A DNA stretch of 64,000 bases from an uncultured Zetaproteobacteria bacterium (lineage in GTDB: Bacteria; Pseudomonadota; Zetaproteobacteria; Mariprofundales; Mariprofundaceae): positions 2,843 to 66,842 of the forward strand of contig CAYWFG010000008.1 of assembly GCA_964458185.1 (NCBI GenBank), given 5' to 3'. Shown here one piece after another: positions 56,976 to 64,000 of this stretch. The number at the start of each line of letters is the position of its first letter. The first letter of the stretch is position 1. The translations under genes were made by a program, and so were the position numbers. The notes beneath the pieces were generated by a model. That model was not told the origin of the DNA. It did not search any database and saw only the letters and a program-made list of their open reading frames with translations.

Positions 56976-59054
56976 CTAACCCTTCACACTGGCAACAATT
57001 TCTTGTGCAATGCTTGCAGGTACTTCTTCGTAATGATCAAACTGCATGGAATAGGTCGCACGACCTTGAGAGATAGAACGCAAATGGGTGGCATAACCAA
57101 ACATTTCTGACAATGGCACTTCAGCATCAATAACCTTGGCATTACCACGGTCGTTCATACCCATGATTTTGCCACGACGACGATTCAGATCGCCGACCAC
57201 ATCACCCATATAATCTTCTGGGGTAACCACTTCCACTTTCATGGTTGGCTCTAACAATACAGGCTTACATTGTTGGCAACCACTGCGGAAGCCCATTGAA
57301 CCTGCAATTTTAAACGCCATTTCTGAGGAATCGACATCATGGTAAGAGCCATCAACCAAGGTGACACGAACGTCTACCATCGGGAAGCCTGCCATCACGC
57401 CATTATTCATCGCTTCTTCAGCACCCTTGCCAACAGCGCCAATGTATTCACGCGGCACAGAACCACCGACAATTTTGTCGATAAACTCAAAACCACCGCC
57501 CGCTTCCATCGGTTCGATTTCTAACCAGACATGACCATATTGACCACGACCGCCTGACTGACGAACAAACTTGCCTTCAGCACGGATAGAACGACGAATC
57601 GTTTCACGGTAAGCCACTTGAGGTTTGCCGATATTAGCATTAACACCAAACTCACGCTGCATGCGGTCAACAATAATTTCTAAATGCAACTCACCCATGC
57701 CTGAAATAATGGTTTGACCCGTTTCTTCATCGGTATGAACGCGAAAAGAAGGATCTTCTGCAGCCAAACGACCCAAGGCAATACTCATCTTTTCTTGGTC
57801 TGCCTTGGTTTTTGGCTCAATAGCAACAGAAATAACAGGTTCTGGAAACTCCATCCGCTCCAGCACAATAGGATGATCGCCATCACACAAAGTATCGCCT
57901 GTCGTCGTCTGCTTCAGACCCACAGCGGCAGCAATATCACCTGCGCGAACTTCTTTAATTTCTTTGCGATCATTGGCATGCATTTGAAGAATACGACCAA
58001 TGCGTTCCTTGCGACCTTTGACGGAGTTAATCACATAAGAACCCGCTTCCAGTACGCCCGAATAAACGCGGAAATAGGTTAATGTACCCACATAAGGATC
58101 GGTCATCACTTTAAATGCCAAGGCGGAAAAAGGCTCATCATCAGCACTACGACGCTCTGCTGCATCATCAGAATCAGGCAAAAGACCTTTAATAGCAGGA
58201 ACATCAACAGGGGCTGGTAGGTAATCAACAACAGCATCCAATAAGGTTTGAACACCCTTGTTTTTAAAGGCTGTACCACAAAAAACAGGAATCAGGTCAA
58301 TATCCAATACCGCTTTGCGAATACATGTTTTAAGCTTATCTTCAGGCACATCGTTGCCATCTAAATAAGATTCCATCAATGCTTCATCATACATCAATAC
58401 AGCATCAAGCAAGCCTTCACGACGGTCTGCCGCTTCTTCTTGCAGATCAGCGGGAATATCTTCAATGGTATAATCAGCACCCATGGCTTCATCGTTCCAC
58501 ACAACAGCCTTCATGCGAACCAAATCAACCACGCCCTTGAATTCATCCTCCGCACCGATGGGCATATTTAAAGCCACAGCATTGTGACCCAAACGCTCTT
58601 TCACTTCTTCAACCACACGGTAAAAATCAGCACCGATACGATCCATCTTGTTGACAAAAGCGATACGGGGAACACTGTAGCGATCTGCTTGCCGCCATAC
58701 TGTTTCAGATTGTGGCTCAACGCCGCCAACCGCACAAAAAACGCCAACCGCACCATCAAGGACGCGCAATGAGCGCTCTACTTCAATGGTAAAATCAACG
58801 TGACCGGGGGTGTCAATAATGTTAATAAGGTGATCGTTCCACGTACAAGTGGTTGCCGCAGAGGTGATGGTAATGCCACGCTCTTGCTCTTGCTCCATCC
58901 AATCCATGGTGGCAGCACCGTCGTGGACTTCGCCGATTTTATGGGAAACACCAGTGTAGAAAAGGATGCGTTCCGTTGTTGTTGTCTTACCAGCATCAAT
59001 ATGAGCCATAATGCCAATGTTGCGGACACGTTCAAGTGGTGTACTTCTAGCCAC
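56976..59054 (-). CDS. fusA: elongation factor G
   Basis: [23 protein letters not shown] lies 9 nt before GTG 59054 ([15 protein letters not shown]). The track's TTG start at 59075 is less likely. Confidence 0.95.
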   Translation of the reverse strand: MARSTPLERVRNIGIMAHIDAGKTTTTERILFYTGVSHKIGEVHDGAATMDWMEQEQERGITITSAATTCTWNDHLINIIDTPGHVDFTIEVERSLRVLDGAVGVFCAVGGVEPQSETVWRQADRYSVPRIAFVNKMDRIGADFYRVVEEVKERLGHNAVALNMPIGAEDEFKGVVDLVRMKAVVWNDEAMGADYTIEDIPADLQEEAADRREGLLDAVLMYDEALMESYLDGNDVPEDKLKTCIRKAVLDIDLIPVFCGTAFKNKGVQTLLDAVVDYLPAPVDVPAIKGLLPDSDDAAERRSADDEPFSALAFKVMTDPYVGTLTYFRVYSGVLEAGSYVINSVKGRKERIGRILQMHANDRKEIKEVRAGDIAAAVGLKQTTTGDTLCDGDHPIVLERMEFPEPVISVAIEPKTKADQEKMSIALGRLAAEDPSFRVHTDEETGQTIISGMGELHLEIIVDRMQREFGVNANIGKPQVAYRETIRRSIRAEGKFVRQSGGRGQYGHVWLEIEPMEAGGGFEFIDKIVGGSVPREYIGAVGKGAEEAMNNGVMAGFPMVDVRVTLVDGSYHDVDSSEMAFKIAGSMGFRSGCQQCKPVLLEPTMKVEVVTPEDYMGDVVGDLNRRRGKIMGMNDRGNAKVIDAEVPLSEMFGYATHLRSISQGRATYSMQFDHYEEVPASIAQEIVASVKG

Positions 59055-59183
59055 AGTTAGATTCTCCTCTTCCAAACCAGTTGTAATAGAACAAAGCCCA
59101 CAAAGCGTGGGCTAGATAATGATGGGTCAGTACTTACATGAAACAAGCCCCGACAAAAAACGGAATAAACCGCTATGAAACAG

Positions 59184-59654
59184 TTACCAGCGAAAGTGCG
59201 AAAACGCCTTGTTGGCTTCTGCCATACGGTGGGTATCGTCACGCTTGCGGAATGCACCGCCGCGCTCATTAATAGCATCCACCAATTCGTTACCCAAACG
59301 CTCTGCCATCGTATGCTCAGAACGGGCGCGAGAATAACTCACCAACCAACGAATCGCGAGCGACATTTGACGACGATCAGATACTTCAATCGGAACTTGG
59401 TAAGTAGCACCGCCAACACGGCGAGATTTTACTTCAACCAAGGGGCGAATCGCTTCTAATGCACGGTGAATCACTTCTAAAGCGGGTTCACCTGACTTTT
59501 TGGCAGCGATATCCATGGCATCATAGACAATCGCTTCGGCAATGGATTTTTTACCACCACGCATCACGCGGTTAATCACAGTAGATACTTTATTGTCGCC
59601 ATATTTCGCGTCTGGGACAACGGGACGACGGGGGGCAGGACCTTTACGAGGCAT
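59184..59654 (-). CDS. rpsG: 30S ribosomal protein S7
   Basis: MPRKGPAPRRPV, 156 aa. Confidence 0.95.
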   Translation of the reverse strand: MPRKGPAPRRPVVPDAKYGDNKVSTVINRVMRGGKKSIAEAIVYDAMDIAAKKSGEPALEVIHRALEAIRPLVEVKSRRVGGATYQVPIEVSDRRQMSLAIRWLVSYSRARSEHTMAERLGNELVDAINERGGAFRKRDDTHRMAEANKAFSHFRW

Positions 59655-59668
59655 AACCTAAACTCCTA

Positions 59669-60040
59669 TTATTTGGGACGCTTGGCGCCGTATTTGGAAC
59701 GTGCTTGTCTACGACCATCAACACCTGTGGTATCTAGTACACCACGCAAGATATGGTAACGAACACCCGGTAAATCTTTTACACGACCGCCACGAATCAA
59801 GACCACGGAATGCTCTTGCAACTTATGACCTTCGCCAGGAATATACGCCGTCACTTCATGACCATTCGTCAAACGCACACGGGCGACCTTACGCAAAGCA
59901 GAGTTCGGCTTTTTCGGTGTTGTGGTGTACACGCGGGTACAAACACCACGTCGTTGCGGGCAAGCCTGCAACGCGGGAACTTTGTTGATTTTGCGTTTGT
60001 CTTTTCGTGGTTTGCGAATCAACTGATTAATTGTTGGCAT
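59669..60040 (-). CDS. rpsL: 30S ribosomal protein S12
   Basis: Start trimmed to [13 protein letters not shown] (ATG 60040), 123 aa. Confidence 0.95.
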   Translation of the reverse strand: MPTINQLIRKPRKDKRKINKVPALQACPQRRGVCTRVYTTTPKKPNSALRKVARVRLTNGHEVTAYIPGEGHKLQEHSVVLIRGGRVKDLPGVRYHILRGVLDTTGVDGRRQARSKYGAKRPK

Positions 60041-60112
60041 GTGACCTTGTCTCCAGTTTTTCACCCATTTCTAGCAGCCACGCCCTAGCGACCACCTTTT
60101 AAAGGGCGGCGA

Positions 60113-60141
60113 AATTTAGCGGGCAAAGATACAACTGTCAA
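60113..60141 (-). promoter_or_regulatory. candidate sigma70 promoter of the str operon (TTGACA-17 nt-TAAATT)
   Basis: Read on the minus strand, about 75 nt upstream of the rpsL ATG. Confidence 0.55.
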
Positions 60142-60259
60142 CCCAGCAATTAAAAAAAGATGCTTACATTCGACACATCGACAAAAAAACAGCAAGCTAC
60201 GCCATGAATTCTTGCCTGCTTGTAACTAGAACAACACAACAAGCAAAGCAATTCCTCAT

Positions 60260-60289
60260 CCTTGACATATTATGTCAAGGCGTTAAAGT
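60260..60289 (+). promoter_or_regulatory. candidate promoter (TTGACA-16 nt-TAAAGT) embedded in a perfect 10-1-10 palindrome CCTTGACATA-T-TATGTCAAGG
   Basis: Read directly. The -35 box is at 60262-60267, the -10 box at 60284-60289 and the palindrome at 60260-60280, about 30 nt upstream of the yjfI-like ATG. Confidence 0.55.
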
Positions 60290-60316
60290 TCCGTCCACAA
60301 AAGAAGGAGAGTACAC

Positions 60317-60733
60317 ATGGTTGATCTAAAAACATTGGCTAGTCAACTGACAGAGCGCGGCAGCGATGCCTCCGATGATTTTTCTTTTACAGTTAGCCCG
60401 ATCCCTGGCGATGTAGAAGTATTACAAATCATTATTGAAGATCGGGAAGAATTACCGATTTTTGTTTCAGTATCTAACGAGCAAGTTTTATGCATTGCTT
60501 ATTTATTCAAAGAGAACGAAGTGAAAGAAGGCATGTTGAACGACATGAACCATGCCATGCTTGCTGCTAACATATCAATCCCATTGTCTGCATTTGCTAA
60601 AATTGATTCGCAATATGTGATTTATGGTGCGTTATCAGTACATTCACAACTGAATGATATTGTCCATGAGCTTGATGTATTGGCATCTAATACCATGGAA
60701 GCCATCGAAGCCATGGATGCTTACCTTACCTAA
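60317..60733 (+). CDS. YjfI-like (DUF2170) protein
   Basis: 138 aa. GGAGAG Shine-Dalgarno. PIFVSVSNEQVLCIAYLF...LSAFAKIDSQYVIYGALS resembles my recollection of the YjfI family. It precedes the PspA-like and YjfK-like genes, as in the E. coli yjfIJK locus. Confidence 0.55.
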   Translation: MVDLKTLASQLTERGSDASDDFSFTVSPIPGDVEVLQIIIEDREELPIFVSVSNEQVLCIAYLFKENEVKEGMLNDMNHAMLAANISIPLSAFAKIDSQYVIYGALSVHSQLNDIVHELDVLASNTMEAIEAMDAYLT

Positions 60734-60770
60734 ACAGGTATCTAATTAATTAACACAAGGAATTCCCTCT

Positions 60771-61466
60771 ATGTCTATTTTAAATAAAATTTTTACGGCT
60801 ATTCGCGGTGGTGCGCGTGAAATGGGCGAAGCGATTGTTGACAAAAACAGCATTCGTATTTTTGAGCAAGAAATCAGCGATGCCGAAGACAAACTGCAAG
60901 ATGCCAAACGCAATCTAACCGAAGTCATGGCAAAAGAAATGCAGGCAAGCCGCAAGGTAACATCATTAACCGCTGATGTGCAAAAGCACGAAAACTTTGC
61001 CGCTCAAGCCTTAGAAAAAGATGACGAAGAACTGGCTTTAGAAATCGCGCAAAAGATTGTTGAGATTCAATCTGAATTGGAAGATCAGAAAAAAGCCCAA
61101 GGAAGCTTCGCCTCCCATGTTTCTCGCCTTAAAGGCATGATCAAACAAACAGGCAAGACACTGGTGGAAATGAAACGTCAATTGGTGATGGTAAAAACCA
61201 CCGATAGCGTACAAAAAGCTACCACTGCCATCAACAATAACTATGCATCAGGGTCATCAAAACTACTCACTGCAAAAGAATCATTGGATCGCATCAAGCA
61301 ACGGCAACAAGATTTAGATGACCGTCTTGCTGCAGGTGAACAACTTAAAGGCGATCTAGAAGGCAACGATTTAGAAGCCAAGATGAAAGCCGCTGGCATT
61401 ATGGGAGGCGGCAACAACGACGCAAAAGATATTCTAGCTAAATTAAAAGCCAAGAAAAGTAGCTGA
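60771..61466 (+). CDS. PspA/IM30-family protein (YjfJ-like)
   Basis: 231-aa all-helical coiled coil. N-terminus MSILNKIFTAIRGGAREMGEAIVDKNSIRIFEQEI is typical of PspA/YjfJ. Confidence 0.75.
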   Translation: MSILNKIFTAIRGGAREMGEAIVDKNSIRIFEQEISDAEDKLQDAKRNLTEVMAKEMQASRKVTSLTADVQKHENFAAQALEKDDEELALEIAQKIVEIQSELEDQKKAQGSFASHVSRLKGMIKQTGKTLVEMKRQLVMVKTTDSVQKATTAINNNYASGSSKLLTAKESLDRIKQRQQDLDDRLAAGEQLKGDLEGNDLEAKMKAAGIMGGGNNDAKDILAKLKAKKSS

Positions 61467-61469
61467 TTG

Positions 61470-62114
61470 ATGGCTGGTTTTTTTGAACGCTTGTTTGGTG
61501 GCAACGAACCCGTACGTTCACGCAGGTTTGATCACCCGCGTGACTTGCGTGCGGGCGATATTATCAAAATGAATTTTCTCAAGCAGTCTGAACTTAGCGG
61601 TAAAACTTTTGAGGTTTCACAAATCAACACCTACATTTATGGTAATCTTTGTTACCCTGAATTGGTGTTGAAAGACCGTGAAGGGCACATTGTTTTTTTG
61701 ATGGTTGAAGAAGAAGACGGGGAGGAATATCTGGCTTTTAGCAAAAAAGTTGCCAAAGCCGATATTCGCACCCTCCTTAGTCAAGCGCAGTTAGATAGCA
61801 TCTTAGCACAAGGTGCTGGCACAAAAATCACACTGGAACAAACCCTTGCAGGTTTTGATGGCTGGTTGGCTAAGAAATACACAGAAACAGATGACCATGT
61901 GAAAGGGATGTTTATTAAAGGTGATGCACGCTATCTGTCGAATGAAGAAATGAAGCGAACTGAAGGATTTTCATCGCACACACTGGTTGATAAAAGTGAC
62001 AAGTACGCGCTGGAAATTGAAGTCTATGAGACAGGTGAACTTGAATTAAGCGTTACCGTCTACCACGATATTGATGAAATTGATGAAATGTGGCCGGGTC
62101 AAGCAGACACATGA
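61470..62114 (+). CDS. YjfK-like (DUF2491) protein
   Basis: MAGFFERLFGG N-terminus, 214 aa, immediately after the PspA-like gene. Confidence 0.55.
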   Translation: MAGFFERLFGGNEPVRSRRFDHPRDLRAGDIIKMNFLKQSELSGKTFEVSQINTYIYGNLCYPELVLKDREGHIVFLMVEEEDGEEYLAFSKKVAKADIRTLLSQAQLDSILAQGAGTKITLEQTLAGFDGWLAKKYTETDDHVKGMFIKGDARYLSNEEMKRTEGFSSHTLVDKSDKYALEIEVYETGELELSVTVYHDIDEIDEMWPGQADT

Positions 62115-62419
62115 TTCGCAACCCCAAATGGGATCAAGAGCAAAAAATAGCAAAGGCCACGCAAGTGGCTTTTGAGCTGGAACAAAAGGTCGCGCAACAC
62201 ATTCAGCGATTGGCGATTGAAGAAGGCTTAACACCTTCCAGTCAGATTAGAAAAATGATTGGCTTGCCTTATTCTCCGCCGAAGCGCCCGCGCTTGACTG
62301 TTTCTTTATCACCCAATGATTATCAATTACTCGGAAATAACTATCAGTTACTGCCATCCGATGCACTGGCGATTAGGCGGAAAATCATGCAGGACTTAAT
62401 TGCATCGCTGGACGAATAA
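62111..62419 (+). CDS. small putative DNA-binding protein with two ribbon-helix-helix-like halves
   Basis: The ATG overlaps the yjfK-like stop (ATGA). Halves are TQVAFELEQKVAQHIQRLAIEEGLTPSSQIRKMI and RLTVSLSPNDYQLLGNNYQLLPSDALAIRRKIMQDL. Confidence 0.4.
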   Translation: MIRNPKWDQEQKIAKATQVAFELEQKVAQHIQRLAIEEGLTPSSQIRKMIGLPYSPPKRPRLTVSLSPNDYQLLGNNYQLLPSDALAIRRKIMQDLIASLDE

Positions 62420-62574
62420 ACACAGTTTCTTTGACAGCCCCCTTCAATTCATTACCCTGCGCCTCGCCTATGGATGTAGGCATGAATCAATCTCGCTTCA
62501 AATGTGCCAAAGTTTGAGGCGTACCTTCGCTGGTTAACCACCAGCTTATACTAAAAGGACACCAAGAGGGCACC

Positions 62575-63081
62575 GTGTATTACGAAACAACCTTTATTGT
62601 CAACCCTGATGTATCTCAAGACAATACCCAAAACATTACCAATCAACTTGTTGAACGTGTAGAAAAAGCTGGTGGACGTGTGATCAAACGCGAATACTGG
62701 GGCGCACGCATGATGGCTTATAGCATTAACAAACGTAAACGTGGGCATTATATGTTCCTCGTCACCGATGGTGATGGCGATGCTATTAAAGCATTAGAAG
62801 ATGCTATTCGTTTGGATGAACGCATCGTCCGATTTTTGAGCGTTCGCTCTGAGTCATTCAGCGATAAGCCTTCACCTTTGGCTCGCCGCAGTAAACCTGC
62901 TGCAACGCCTGATGCTGATGGCGATGCTGAAACAGCAACCAAAGAAAGCGATGCTACAAAAGAAGCAACCTCGCCAACCGAAGAAACAACAGCAAGCCCT
63001 GCTACAGAAGCCACTACGCCCACTGACGCTGCGCCAGCCACTGAAGAAAAAACAACAGAAACCCCAGAGGCAACTGCCTAA
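62575..63081 (+). CDS. rpsF: 30S ribosomal protein S6 with a long acidic Thr/Ala/Glu/Pro tail
   Basis: GTG start. YYETTFIVNPD...EYWGARMMAYSINK. 168 aa. Confidence 0.9.
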   Translation: MYYETTFIVNPDVSQDNTQNITNQLVERVEKAGGRVIKREYWGARMMAYSINKRKRGHYMFLVTDGDGDAIKALEDAIRLDERIVRFLSVRSESFSDKPSPLARRSKPAATPDADGDAETATKESDATKEATSPTEETTASPATEATTPTDAAPATEEKTTETPEATA

Positions 63082-63089
63082 GTTTTCTG

Positions 63090-63440
63090 ATGATTCAACT
63101 TCAGGGTGTACTGCAAGATATTAAACAACGCTGGACACCCGATGGTAGTTTAGCCGTGATTGCATCATTGATGATTCCCCGCCCTTTATTGGGGCCTACC
63201 CGCGCTAAATGTGTAAGCGAACAACCTATTCCGTTGCGTGCCGATGGCAAAGCAGCAGAATTTTTGACGACGCAAGCAGGTAAGCATATCCAAGTATCTG
63301 GCGTACTGCGCAGGCGTTATTATTCGCGTGACGGCGAAGAACGCTGGGGGCAAGTGGAATTATGGGTGTCAGCGTCACAAGAAACAAATGCTGCATCGCA
63401 GCAAGATATTGATTTTATAGGAGTATCGCATGAGCGATAA
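63090..63440 (+). CDS. priB: primosomal replication protein PriB / SSB-like OB-fold protein
   Basis: 116 aa in the conserved slot between rpsF and rpsR. OB-like pattern. Sequence similarity to E. coli PriB is not obvious by eye. Confidence 0.6.
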   Translation: MIQLQGVLQDIKQRWTPDGSLAVIASLMIPRPLLGPTRAKCVSEQPIPLRADGKAAEFLTTQAGKHIQVSGVLRRRYYSRDGEERWGQVELWVSASQETNAASQQDIDFIGVSHER

Positions 63441-63789
63441 TGCAACCGAAGTAAAAAAGGTTGAGACCCCTGCGGCAAAGCCAACAGAGCCAGCCAAGCA
63501 AGGTGCAAGCACACAAAACACATCCAGTGAGCGTCGCCCACCGCAACGCCGCCAAGGTGGTCGTAAATTTCAGCGTCGTCGCAAATTCTGCAAGTTTTGT
63601 GCGGATAAAACCATGACCATTGACTACAAAGACCCAGAGCAATTGTCTCAATTTATCACCGAGCGTTACAAACTATTGCCATCCCGCGTAACAGGAACGT
63701 GTTCTAAACACCAACGTCGCTTAACCACTGCCGTGAAACGCGCCCGTGTGTTGGCATTGTTGGCATTTACGCCATTACATCACGATTGA
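63430..63789 (+). CDS. rpsR: 30S ribosomal protein S18 with a roughly 45-aa N-terminal extension
   Basis: TAGGAG Shine-Dalgarno before ATG 63430. Core is [12 protein letters not shown]...[17 protein letters not shown]...KRARVLALL. Confidence 0.9.
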   Translation: MSDNATEVKKVETPAAKPTEPAKQGASTQNTSSERRPPQRRQGGRKFQRRRKFCKFCADKTMTIDYKDPEQLSQFITERYKLLPSRVTGTCSKHQRRLTTAVKRARVLALLAFTPLHHD

Positions 63790-63823
63790 TTGTAGCCACA
63801 TCGTAGCTTAAAAAGCCCACCAA

Positions 63824-64000
63824 GATGAATACAATAAATCCAACCATGCCTACAGTTGTACGTTTTGCGCTAACCAAACCTGTGCCTTGTGCCTTGTTAT
63901 TGGTGCTTATGTTTTCAATGCAATTATGGCTACCGCAATGGTTTTCATCCATCCCTGCCTTGGCATTGATGGTTGCTTTTATCTGTATGGGATTAAACTT
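63824..64000 (+). CDS. hypothetical membrane protein, 3' end cut by window edge
   Basis: Hand translation gives MNTINPTMPTVVRFALTKPVPCALLLVLMFSMQLWLPQWFSSIPALALMVAFICMGLN. Hydrophobic. Occupies the slot between rpsR and the expected rplI. Confidence 0.3.

Noticed and set aside
59055-59075. The longer TTG start of fusA, and similar N-terminal extensions in the ORF track for rpsD, rpsL, rplO, rplX, rsfS, ctp, lpoA, copG, hypA, yqaA and nlpD
   Set aside because: Conserved N-termini and better-placed Shine-Dalgarno sequences support downstream starts. For lpoA the long form would also overlap rsmI.
59105-59123. 7-bp hairpin (AGCCCAC/GTGGGCT) in the 129-nt rpsG-fusA spacer as an attenuator
   Set aside because: The stem is short and only a weak T-rich tail follows. 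This is insufficient evidence.

Overview
64-kb window of a proteobacterial chromosome. GC is about 45-55% by eye, apart from two sharply AT-rich islets. Neighbourhoods such as lpoA/rsmI/yraN, envC-ctp-yibQ and rpsF-priB-rpsR look beta/gamma-proteobacterial. The ribosomal cluster has a different flavour, with secY-adk-infA-rpmJ and a 61-aa zinc-type S14. I cannot name the organism. Layout from left to right follows. (1) 2-10.7 kb holds a large NAD-glutamate dehydrogenase (5' truncated), a TolB-like protein, dksA, a PLP decarboxylase, yibQ-like, a C-terminal processing protease and envC. (2) 10.7-12.9 kb is an AT-rich type II restriction-modification cassette (m5C methyltransferase plus a PD-(D/E)xK nuclease) sitting in-line between rlmH and envC. 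(3) 12.9-18.3 kb holds rlmH, rsfS, nadD, lpoA, rsmI, yraN and argG. (4) 18.3-19.4 kb is an AT-rich islet with a lone Roadblock/LC7 gene and inverted repeats. (5) 19.4-34.4 kb is the most unusual part. It is a one-strand, roughly 12-gene Cu(I)/Ag(I)-type efflux supercluster: orphan FtsX-like permease, a Cys/His protein, cusC, cusB, two tandem diverged cusA paralogues, an unannotated 48-aa mini-lipoprotein, DUF411/CopG, cytochrome b561, a frameshifted second mini-lipoprotein, a His/Met-rich periplasmic protein, and a PII-like protein with a CCCPPCP tail. A MerA-like flavoprotein disulfide reductase lacking MerA's extra cysteines follows. (6) 34.5-41.3 kb holds tRNA-Pro(GGG), pcm, yqaA, a six-LysM nlpD, apt, nusB-ribH-ribBA, an orphan hypA and comEA. 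(7) 41.4-60.1 kb is a complete str-S10-spc-alpha ribosomal cluster on the minus strand. (8) 60.3-62.4 kb is a yjfI/PspA-like/yjfK module ending in a tandem ribbon-helix-helix gene, with a perfect palindrome over its promoter. (9) 62.6-64 kb holds rpsF-priB-rpsR and a truncated membrane ORF. No rRNA, CRISPR array, transposase or integrase was seen. All calls rest on reading the translated ORFs and the sequence by eye, with no database searches.
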